DNA from: Atractiella rhizophila | Lineage: Eukaryota | Length of the DNA: 20,000 nt | Assembly (NCBI GenBank): GCA_021432655.1 | Contig: MU271443.1 | Location: 45,143-65,142 of the forward strand | Reading direction: 5' to 3' | Shown: positions 1-9,016 of the stretch, piece by piece | How the letters are laid out: each line of letters begins with the position of its first letter | Position numbering within the stretch: position 1 is the first letter of the stretch | Made by a program: the position numbers and the translations under genes | Notes under the pieces: model-generated | What the model was told of the DNA's origin: nothing | What the model saw: the letters and a program-made list of their open reading frames with translations, nothing else | The model's database searches: none

Positions 1-1
1 C

Positions 2-585
2 GCTCACACTACCGAGTTTTGCGGATTTTCCCTTCTCGTTTGCCCACGCTCGCAAGATGACCCTCTACGCTGCGGCTACATCAAGCGAAAGGACATGCCT
101 GCTCACGAGAGAGTATGCCTAAGATACGCGTATGTCTCTCATATCACTCCTATTTAAAAAAACATAATTTTTCCACAGGTGTAACAATCGCGCACACGGC
201 TGCTTGTGGGAAGGACCGGAAGAAGATGTTATGGCATGGATTCTTCCTTGCGGCTTGTCCGCGGCTAACTTAGTCACAGGTTCATGAAGACTGGTGCAAT
301 CAACTACACTTTACGCACCAACGAGCCCGTGCAGAAAACGAACAACTCCGTCAGAGAAATGAGCACCTCAAAGTGCAAATTTTGGAGGAACAGAGGAGAG
401 CGGCCTCTGCTGAAGCACAAACGCACCGTTTGGAGGAAGAAACGCACCGTTTGGAGGAAGAAACGCACCGTTTGGAGGAAGAAACGCACCGTTTGGAGGA
501 AGAAACGCACCGTTTGGAGGAAGAAACGCACCGTTTGGCAGAGGAACGCAAGAAAGGAGAAGAAGGTTTGGTACAAGCACCTTGA
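2..585 (+). CDS. 3' part of a TRAF/SINA-type zinc-finger protein with C-terminal coiled coil; join(<2..129,179..233,280..585)
   Basis: Manual splicing (GT-AG intron 130-178; GC-AG intron 234-279 with GCTAAC branch site) gives AHTTEFCGFSLLVCPRSQDDPLRCGYIKRKDMPAHERVCLRYACNNRAHGCLWEGPEEDVMVHEDWC. This has consecutive TRAF-like C/H fingers (CxNxxxGCxWxGx7Hx3C), then an E/Q/R-rich helix with THRLEEE heptads and TGA at 583-585. The start lies upstream of the window. Confidence 0.75.
419..538 (+). repeat. Perfect 21-bp coding minisatellite (AAACGCACCGTTTGGAGGAAG x5.7) encoding THRLEEE heptads
   Basis: Five identical units start at 419, 440, 461, 482 and 503, plus a 15-bp partial unit at 524-538. 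Confidence 0.97.
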
Positions 586-1232
586 GTTGAAATGGCAACA
601 GGAGAAAGAACTTGCATGAATGATGCGAACCCTTCTACATTTTCTACCGAATTTAGATCGTCCAAAGATAAATTGGAAACGTTAACGTTATAAGTACTCT
701 TTTCCGTAGGTAGAGTATGATTAAATGGTTCAGACCGCGCCGTTAAGGAGAGACCGGAGGAAGACCTCGAGTTTCTCATCTCCCTTGGTGTCGAGAGTGT
801 ACCGAACCTCAGACTTCTTAAAACCATTGAACTGTCCCATTCATTAGTATAGTGTGTGAGAGCAGGACAAAAGAACCGACCTGACTCGCGGCACAAATAG
901 TGTATGCTCCCATATTCTCCCACTTCAACCAATCTCCCACTTCCAGGTCCGTTGGCAACGGTGCGTCTTTGGCGACGAGATCGATAGAGTCGCAAGTCGG
1001 ACCCCAAACTGAGCACTTCTCTGTATCAGTGTACAAAGCAGCTTGATCAACTTGAGCTTGGAAGATGCCGTTAAGAGTGAGAATTTTGGGGAAGACGATC
1101 TGGTGGTCGAACATCGTGCAGTTGAACGCTCCATAAACGCCGTCGTTGATATAATCTGTCTCATTCTGATTAGCAGATGAACCTTGGACAACAAGAAAAC
1201 GTACACATGGAAGAAGGAGACTCTTCGTCGCT
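537..1232. repeat. Direct segmental duplication, copy A (partner 2001-2692)
   Basis: Aligns from GGCAGAGGAACGCAAG to CTCTTCGTCGCT with 2001-2692 at an offset of 1464, then 1460. Differences are scattered substitutions and two small indels in the non-coding part. Confidence 0.97.
730..1232 (-). pseudogene. 5'-truncated duplicate of ornithine decarboxylase (end of exon 2, intron 2, exon 3 1155-881, intron 3, exon 4 831-730); reading frame intact
   Basis: Encodes YINDGVYGAFNC...WGPTCDSID...GAYTICAASQ/FNGFKKSEVRY...LLNGAV* with conserved GT-AG sites, but lacks the PLP-binding barrel. An in-frame TAA lies a few codons upstream of the duplication junction in the exon-2 frame. Confidence 0.85.
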
Positions 1233-1580
1233 ACAACAGGTTTACCTCGCACCCAAAATCTCTTCTCCACCGTTCGCCCTCCACTTCCATCCCGTCCGAA
1301 GAAGGCGAAAGCAAAAGCATCAAAAATACGGATTGGCCGCAAGGGTGACTCAACAGAACGCAAGACACGAACAATGGATCCTTCTTCTGCTGGATCGAAG
1401 TCGTCATCACGAAGTTGTCGCTCTCGCTCTCTGCTGATTCCTTCAACAGCTTCGACCCCAGTCAAAATTCCAGGTGTTCGACTTTCCCAAACTCGTCCTA
1501 TCACCCTTACTCCTATAACCTCTCCATTTCCTTTTTCGAATGCAACCCCAGTCAAATCCCCGTTTGATTTGTGGTTTTGA
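1233..1580 (+). other. Possible orphan terminal exon of an unrelated gene (K/S/P/T-rich, ends ...PVKSPFDLWF*) between the duplicated segments
   Basis: Frame is open from the junction to TGA 1578-1580 (TTGLPRTQNLFSTVRPPLPSRPKKAKAKASKIRIGRK...), followed by AT-richer UTR-like sequence. No upstream exons are identifiable. Confidence 0.35.
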
Positions 1581-2000
1581 GGAAGGCACATTATGCTGTC
1601 ATGTTATGGTTCATCTAGTTTATCATTCGTCTTTCGATCTTCTTGCTCAGTGAATCAAATCAACTTATCGTCGCAACTATTAGTCTTAGCGGTCTTGATT
1701 GTATTGTATGTACTTTACCATCTATGGTGCTTATGGTTCAGACAATTTATTGGGATATGTTGAACAAAGTCATTGCAGTGCCTGCTACTCGTCGTTGAGA
1801 CCTCGCTCTATTCGCCGTGTTATGTGTATGGGAGCCCATGCTTCACCTTACGCTATCGTGGTCACTCTTGGTCACTCTTACATTAAGGATAGGTAGCGAA
1901 GTCAATTGCACGGGGACACTAAACGAGATGCTCCTTAATTGAGAATCGTTAACCAGACTTCGGACGGAACGCAACAGGCATCGAAACCGAGATACCAGAA

Positions 2001-2692
2001 GGCAGAGGAACGCAAGAAAGGAGAAGAAGGTTTGGTACAAGCACCTTGAGTTGAAATGGCAACAGGAGAGAGAACTTGCATGAATGATGCGAACCCTTCT
2101 ACATTTTCTACCGAATTTAGATCGTCCAAAGATAAATTGAAAACGTTATAAGTACTCTTTTCCATAAGTCGAGAGTATCGTTAGATGGTTCAGACCGCGC
2201 CGTTAAGGAGAGACCGGAGGAAGACCTCTAGTTTCTCATCTCCCTTGGTATCGAGAGTGTACCGAACTTCAGACTTCTTAAAACCATTGAACTGTTCCGT
2301 TCATCAGTATAGTAAAGGAAAACAGAACAAAAGAACCAACCTGACTCGCGGCACAAATAGTGTATGCTCCCATATTCTCCCACTTCAACCAATCTCCCAC
2401 TTGCAGGTCCGTTGGCAACGGTGCGTCTTTGGCGACGAGGTCGATAGAGTCGCAAGTCGGACCCCAAACTGAGCACTTTTCTGTATCCGTGTACAAAGCG
2501 GCTTGATCACCTTGAGGTTGAAAGATGCCGTTAAGAGTGAGAATTTTGGGGAAGACGATCTGGTGGTCGAACATCGTGCAGTTGAACGCTCCATAAACGC
2601 CGTCGTTGATATAATCTGTCTCATTCTGATCAGCAGATGAACCTTGGACAACAAGAAAACGTACACATGGAAGAAGGAGACTCTTCGTCGCT
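2001..2692. repeat. Direct segmental duplication, copy B (contains the 3' end of the complete ODC gene)
   Basis: Aligns with 537-1232. Confidence 0.97.
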
Positions 2693-3803
2693 CTCCGGAG
2701 GACTAAATCCACTAGATTCTTCAACTCCATCCTTCCCTCTCTTCGCAATTACATTGGTAGCGAGCTCGAAAGCATCTGCAACGAAGTATCTTCCAGGCTC
2801 TGCAATGACGCGAACCTTGTCTCCAGGGAAAAACTTGTCCAAGCTATTCCTGATACATCTCGCGGCATCCTCGAAAATATCGTTCTCGAAACCGCCACCA
2901 ATATCGAGGAAGTCAAAGTCGAAGCCTTCTTCCTTTCCAATGTCGAAAGCAACTTTGGCACGGTGCAGAGCATCCTCGTAAGCGAGAGGGTCCTTGTTTC
3001 CGGATCCGACATGGAAAGCAATACCGATGACGTTCATTCCGGTCTCTTTTGCCTTCTTGAGCAATCGACGAACATCCGTCAATTTCGCGCCAAACTTCAA
3101 GCCGAGCTTGCAAAGACTGGCGCTGTCGTCCGTCAAGATTCTGAGGACGAGTTTCGCATTGGGATTGAACTTTTGAACCTTGACAATTTCTTCTTCATTG
3201 TCGAAGGTCATCATTTGAACACCTTGTTTGGCCGACTTCCTGATAAAGGATGACGCCTTGCACGGGTTGGCATAGATAATGCGGGAAGGAGGGACACCGA
3301 GCGATAAAACAGAGGAGATTTCACTCTGTGATGCGCAGTCGAACCCTAGACCAAGGGTTGCGAGCAGGTGCAGAACGCAGGGATCGGGATTGGCTTTGAC
3401 AGCTATTGAATGGAATGAGCCACGTTCCACCTCCTTGTGAAAGAGACCTACCAAAAAAAGGGTCAACGCGTCCACCCAACTCCTTCTGCCACCTTTGCCA
3501 TTGGTTCCAAACCCTGACGAGGTCGCAGACGAAGAAAGCGTTCTCTCCCTCTCCTTCGCACTCGTCGATATCGATCCCCCGAAGTTCGTTCTCGAAGACC
3601 GAATCAATGCTTCCGGAGTAAATATGAGGCAGAGGCTCGCTGTATTTTGGAGGCGGAAGCGGGAGGAGGGAGGGAGTGGTCGGTTCGGAGGCACCGTGAA
3701 GTGTGACTACCGTTTGGAGAGAAGGGGAGGAGGGCATACTGAAGGAATCGTATTTTTGAGGGAATCGGGGAGCATCTTGAGATACAGTCACAGTTGTGTT
3801 CAT
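2190..3803 (-). CDS. SPE1: Ornithine decarboxylase, 488 aa; complement(join(2190..2291,2341..2615,2665..3402,3452..3803))
   Basis: Hallmark motifs are present after removing three 49-nt GT-AG introns: PFFAVKANP (PLP lysine), GFDCAS, IIYANPCK, FHVGSG, LDIGGGF, AEPGRYF, YYINDGVYGAFN, WGPTCDSID and MGAYT. The spliced length of 1467 nt is a multiple of 3. Confidence 0.97.
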
Positions 3804-4033
3804 TTTTGCTCTAGTGTCGACGGGGGCCGATTAGATTTGGCTATGTTCCTTTTCTTCCGCTGGCGATGGGTATTGAATTGTGTGAGTTTAAATATCCGCG
3901 ATAGATTGATTGAAGCGGGGAGGTGACTGTTCGAGGTCGAGGGGATGGAGAAATAAGTGAAATATCTAGGTGAATAAAAATCCTGTATAAACAGTCCTCG
4001 ACTCGTAGGATGCCTCTGAGAGGTGAAGAGCAA
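3800..4033 (-). promoter_or_regulatory. Candidate non-AUG upstream ORF (uCC-like) in the ODC 5' leader; stop overlaps the ODC start (AUGA)
   Basis: Frame is open from 4057 to TGA 3802-3800. Near-cognate starts are TTG 4033 (GCC TTG), ACG, CTG, ATA and ATC. The C-terminus reads FNTHRQRKKRNIAKSNRPPSTLEQK*. There is no ATG on the - strand between 3804 and 4263. Confidence 0.6.
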
Positions 4034-4991
4034 GGCCCAGGCTAGGCCTGCCCCGATTTAATGACGGCTGATGCGGCAACTCCTCCTCGCTCTAGCCAGA
4101 GCGAGGCGACTAGATCGATAGGAGGATGAAAGGATAGGATGAACCGGGGAACTCGATAGCACGACAAAACCGGTTCAGTCGCTCAAACGGGGTGTAGTTC
4201 GAGTGAAGGATGTTAGGGTGGTTCCAAGCAAACCCTCCAGGTGTAACCCTTCGCCACAACGCTCATCAACCCCGATTCCGCGCCAACAAAAAAAGCACCC
4301 ACCTGGATGAGTCGAAGATCAGTGATCCGCCTCTTTGTTAGGGATAATATCTTGGAAAAAGGGAGATTAAGATCCCTTTTGGTAGTAAAAGGATCTCCCT
4401 CGAGGCCTTTTACTGTCGGGAATGTGCGCTGGCAAGATGCGAGGATTTCGCTGGCGTCGTCGTTGAGTCAAGTGATGGCTCGCGGATTTTCTGGGGTGGC
4501 AAACAAACTTTGATCCGGCCTTCTTTCACAAATAGCAAGTCGCGTGAATGTACGCGTAGTCCTCACAAGGCAATCGCCGACTTCAAAATCAATTCTTGTT
4601 TTCATTTTTTTTTGGTGAGAATTATAAGCTCATTCAGCATTCAAGCTTCCAATAAGTGTCCGTGTCTCTCAATACTACAATCTTTCTCACATCCTTACTT
4701 TTATTTCGAGCTGAAGATTCAGACTTTTATTTATCAAACACGACGCTTTGCCATAAATTTAATGACAGCAACGTTGCTAGTAGTTGAATAAATGATATTA
4801 GGCTAGTGCCATTGCAAAATCTCCTCATGCTCGAACCTTGCTGAGTATCGAAAGATCCTATGGCTTGTTGCCTTTGTGCGAGTTTTCGTCGCTTTGCACA
4901 AAGGAATGCCACACCTATAAAGCCATAAAGCTTCAATGATCCCACTAACCTTCACAACACAAGACCATCCGATATTCCACGCTGGAGAAGT

Positions 4992-5681
4992 ATGGTTCAC
5001 GCACAATTTCGACTCATTTCACTCGCCCTTACCCCAGAAGAGGCATCCTCCATCGCGGGCCACAGAGGGTATCCCCTGCTGTACGAGAAGGACTCTCATT
5101 ATCAGATCCATCTTCTCCCCAAGATGGGTGGCAACCAAGAGCACACCGCCAAATTCTGTCTTCACCTGCAATCCGATTGGATGAAGGACACAGTGCCGTT
5201 CACACCGGAAGAAGAAACGGATTTCGGCTTCACAGTCCAGGACGGCAAGATCGTCTATGGGAAGATGAAGGTATTGGAAGAAGTTGTTGAGGACAAGGAA
5301 GAAACAAATGGACAGCTGATCGTCAGCGAGAAGAAACACCGATGCAACCTGAGATGTGAAGAAGAAATGCGATACTTCGACGAGACGATGATTCAACATC
5401 TTCGGAAGAAGGAAGCACTTTGGCTGCTCGACGACGAGTTATTTGTGTTCACGCGCACCTTGGAGATTAGGATAGAAGAAATGACGAAGAGGGGAGAGAT
5501 GGACGCAGTGGAGAGCGAAATGTGGGACCGTTACATCTTGTTTCTCAACATGGAGCTGTTAATAGGCAGAGTTCCACAGTTTGTGAGGACGCTAGTGGCA
5601 GATGGGACTGAAACGTCCATTAATCTGTTTGGAGTGTTTCAATACCTCGCGGGGGGTCATGGTCGCTTCATTCGCTCTTGA
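4992..5681 (+). CDS. Hypothetical protein (~229 aa ORF, acidic, helical-looking); true 5' end uncertain
   Basis: Long ORF with protein-like composition. A possible donor GTATGG at 4990 and acceptor CAG at 5035-5037 suggest further upstream exons. No recognisable domain. Confidence 0.55.
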   Translation: MVHAQFRLISLALTPEEASSIAGHRGYPLLYEKDSHYQIHLLPKMGGNQEHTAKFCLHLQSDWMKDTVPFTPEEETDFGFTVQDGKIVYGKMKVLEEVVEDKEETNGQLIVSEKKHRCNLRCEEEMRYFDETMIQHLRKKEALWLLDDELFVFTRTLEIRIEEMTKRGEMDAVESEMWDRYILFLNMELLIGRVPQFVRTLVADGTETSINLFGVFQYLAGGHGRFIRS

Positions 5682-6340
5682 GTCGGCCTCATCCCCGTCC
5701 ATGCCATGCTTTGTAGGATATTATCCGTCATGCAAATCTGTTTCGCTCTACCGATGTCTATGTAAGGTGTTCGGGATGTTACTTCAGCCTTAGCAAATAG
5801 CAATCCCCCACTTTTTCGACACGACGTCGGTACGATATATTCTGAGCTCAGATGTGAGAGCAGATAATCTTCTCGCTGTAGAACGCTACAACACAGTAAC
5901 ATCAGACTTGCAAAGGATTCCCGTAGAAGAGGATTGCGCCTTTAGTGACAACATGGCGCAAAATGGAGCAGAATATGGCGCTGGCGCAGACACGGGAACT
6001 TGTATTATACTGACACAACTCCCTCTTCTCCTGGAACAAGGAATACGCTAAACCCTCTGACCCTACATCTAATTCATCCTCGTTCTCTCTCGTTCCCCTC
6101 GGCAATATCGCGGCGAAGGCCGACCGAGGACCGTCTCTGCCCTCACCACTCCCACGGCCGTTTTGATAGAGTGCCGATGGGGAGGATAACGGAGAACGAA
6201 GACCGACGCCAGAAGGGCAGAAGCGGCAAAGAAAGGCACAACAAAGGGCAAACTATTTCTTGTCGAAATGCCCTAACGGCCATCATCCCGTCCTCGCTTG
6301 AGTTGCCCAATTTTTTCACCCTTCCTTCGATCGGAAGGGC

Positions 6341-6350
6341 TATATATAAG
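6341..6350 (+). promoter_or_regulatory. TATA box of the cyclin-like gene
   Basis: TATATATAAG lies ~90 nt upstream of ATG 6434. Confidence 0.55.
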
Positions 6351-6433
6351 GGTAAATTGAACGCACCTATAAAGGAGGAAGCTCTCTGTCCTATCAGTCC
6401 GCAGAGTACCACGTTCACTGTCTATTTCACACA

Positions 6434-7269
6434 ATGGTATCAAAAGTCAAAGCTGGGAAACAAGTGCAAGACCCTTACTACGGGTGCAGAGGTAAGTTAG
6501 CGTGGAAACCGAAAGAGTCTGAATCTGACTATAGTGCCTAGATATCTCTATCCTATGTGCAGAGACAGCATACAACCTCTTTCCCTTCACTTCATCAATG
6601 CAAGAAACTCCATCGTCATCCTTATCAACATGGGTTGTAAGCTTGTTCTTCCCATCGCAAGGCTTACAAAAGCTGATGTAATAACAGGCATACATGCTGT
6701 ATAGAACAGCTCTCCCAAATCAAGTCGTTTTTCATGCCCTACACCTTCTCCATCGCATATCCCAATCCTTCCACGCCGCACCAGCAATCTCCTCAATAAG
6801 GCACTTCCACGAGCGCCTCCTCCTTTCTTCTTTCATCCTCGCAACCGCATACAACGACGACTGCGCCTTCGCGAACTCGTCGTGGAAGATTGCAGCGCAA
6901 GACTTATTCACGGTAGCAGAGATCGACGAAATGGAGATGGAGTTTCTCCTCTGCCTTGGATGTCGATTACGACAAGAAGGAGAGGATCTGAAGAGCATTA
7001 CACAAGAGGATGAAGCGAAGTGGCTAGCTGGCATTAAGTTGCAGGAGCAGAAGCTGGAACAGGTCCGAACAGGAAGATGGCCATTCTCACGACGGCTATC
7101 ATATGTCGGAGAACAACATCGGGGACGGTCTCTCTTGTATAGTTGTAGATGTGACTTTCCCGCTACGACCCAATCTAAGGCGTTTATAGTATACGTTCGC
7201 ATACGCGTTCGAGGCCTTATGATGCTGCGGCGTTGGGTGCGGAAAGTTACGCAGGGAGGAGAGGTGTGA
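6434..7269 (+). CDS. Pho85-type (Pcl/Clg1-like) cyclin-box protein, divergent; join(6434..6491,6542..6636,6688..7269), 3' end uncertain
   Basis: The spliced protein MVSKVKAGKQVQDPYYGCRDISILCAETAYNLF...WVAYMLYRTALPNQVVFHALHLLHRI...ERLLLSSFILATAYNDDCAFANSSW...FTVAEIDEMEMEFLLCL matches the fungal Pcl cyclin box pattern. Introns are 6492-6541 (GTAAGT..TAG) and 6637-6687 (GTAAGC..CAG). Confidence 0.8.
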
Positions 7270-8811
7270 GAGAGCGCAGCGGGTTGCTTAATAGCTTCCT
7301 TTTCAATGGACGTTCGGTGGAAGCGATTGACCGTGCTGCGAGCGGAGTATTATTAAGCGTGGTTTGGTTCCAACGAGTTTGGAGGGTAGGACTTTCAAAG
7401 GTTATCCCTAGCTGTTTGAAAGATCTAGGAAAAACAGGAGGAGGAGGAGAGGAAGGAAAAAAGAGCAAGCCGCTTAGGCACTACTTTTGATGTGCGACCA
7501 ACCTCTCTACGTGCTGGGGTATACGCAAGACGGGACGAGGTCGCCCTCTTCCATGCCTCCATCACCTTGTACCTGCCTCTCACTCTAGCTACGGCCGCTA
7601 CCTCTATTTCTTGAAGAGCAGATTATCTACCGTACAGTTGAGTGGTTAGTTTAAGCTCTACAACCCCGTCCCCTTTGCGTGAACCATCACCTTGTCCGAC
7701 GGACAAGTGTCCGCTTTAGTATCAGGTCAAATGGCTGTACAAGCGATTCTACAGAAACCTCCGCGTTCTGTTTCATGTTTCCTTTACCGGCTCTACACTA
7801 CTTTCTCTACAACTAACAGCTAACAGCTTTAGTTAAACGGACGCGCTGATTCGGGCAGCACAGTGCACTTCGATGTGTTCTACGAAGGTGTTGTGTTGGT
7901 GCGGGCGTTTACAGAAAACCCACTTTCTAACAATATCTGCTTCTAGCCCTGTACATCCTTCTGGTCCTTCTCGACTTTTTCTGTACTGTAAGAGTCGTAC
8001 TACTCTAACTTACCTTTGAACTTTCAACCCAAATTATCGGGACATCGCTGTCGTGATAGTAACAGAACAACGTACCAGAGCGAAGATGCCCTAAGACTGC
8101 GCTAGACCGTTAATGTCTAGAGTCGGACCCCACAGCCTGGCTCACAAAGGGAAGATGTGGCATCGGCGCGAGTGTAAAGTTGGAGTCCGTCCGTACGAAT
8201 GAGGAAGCGAGGAAGCCGTCCGCTGTAACGAGCGACCTAGGAGTACGCATGATAGCCGGGTAAACCAACGTTTAATTGTCATAGTGCTAACGGGCAGAAC
8301 ACCTCAAGAGTTTATAGCTTAGCTGAAGTTCAAGGTCTTGGGTCTTAGTGGTGTGGCGAACGTTCGGGTAGAGGGAAGTCGAGGAGGAAGGACTAGGAAG
8401 AAGGACCTAGAATGAGTTTGATTCTCCGCTGCATGAGCCTTAGTCAAGTCACTATATCACTATCAGTCTTTAACTTCAGCCAACGAACGACAAGAGTGGG
8501 GAACTTTCTCAAGCTGGAACACTCAGAGCGAACGTCACAACCGAAGCAAACGTTAACCGTAGAGTCGGTCGGGGGTTTTGAGAATCAACCCCATACCAAC
8601 GGGCAAACATAGTGATGTCTCTTTCTTTTGTAGTTAGTTTAACTGTTAAGCACTACCGTATGTAAAACGTCAAAGCTTCAACTACATGTAGTACAACTTA
8701 AAACTGTTCTCGCCTTGTTGTCGGGTTTTTCCTCCATTTATACTTTAGATCCCAGATTTCGACCAAATAACGAAAATTTTATACTGGCATCTTTTTCTAA
8801 GTAAGTCACTC
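7100..8811. other. TpA-rich degenerate region, possible transposon or pseudogene relic (boundaries approximate)
   Basis: No intact gene, and protein-like frames are broken by TAA/TAG (e.g. - strand 7470-7110). CTA/TAG/TAC are visibly in excess and the region abuts an assembly gap. No diagnostic transposase or RT motif was seen. Confidence 0.3.
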
Positions 8812-9015
8812 NNNNNNNNNNNNNNNNNNNNNNNNNNNNNNNNNNNNNNNNNNNNNNNNNNNNNNNNNNNNNNNNNNNNNNNNNNNNNNNNNNNNNNNNN
8901 NNNNNNNNNNNNNNNNNNNNNNNNNNNNNNNNNNNNNNNNNNNNNNNNNNNNNNNNNNNNNNNNNNNNNNNNNNNNNNNNNNNNNNNNNNNNNNNNNNNN
9001 NNNNNNNNNNNNNNN
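8812..9015. other. Assembly gap (N run)
   Basis: Ns in the sequence. Confidence 1.
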
Positions 9016-9016
9016 G

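Noticed and set aside
419..538. CRISPR-like regular repeat
   Set aside because: Units are contiguous with no spacers, the DNA is eukaryotic, and the repeat encodes an in-frame heptad.
284..1016. Alternative ORFs over the minisatellite (284-619 +, 304-576 -, 351-1016 -, 368-598 -)
   Set aside because: By-products of a stop-free 21-bp repeat; the spliced zinc-finger frame explains the locus.
2190..3803. ODC being a catalytically dead antizyme-inhibitor-like paralog (AVKAN instead of AVKCN)
   Set aside because: The PLP lysine, HVGS, GGGF, EPGR and WGPTCD cysteine are all intact.
5700..6330. Short ORFs between the hypothetical gene and the cyclin
   Set aside because: No motifs or consistent splice structure; treated as intergenic.
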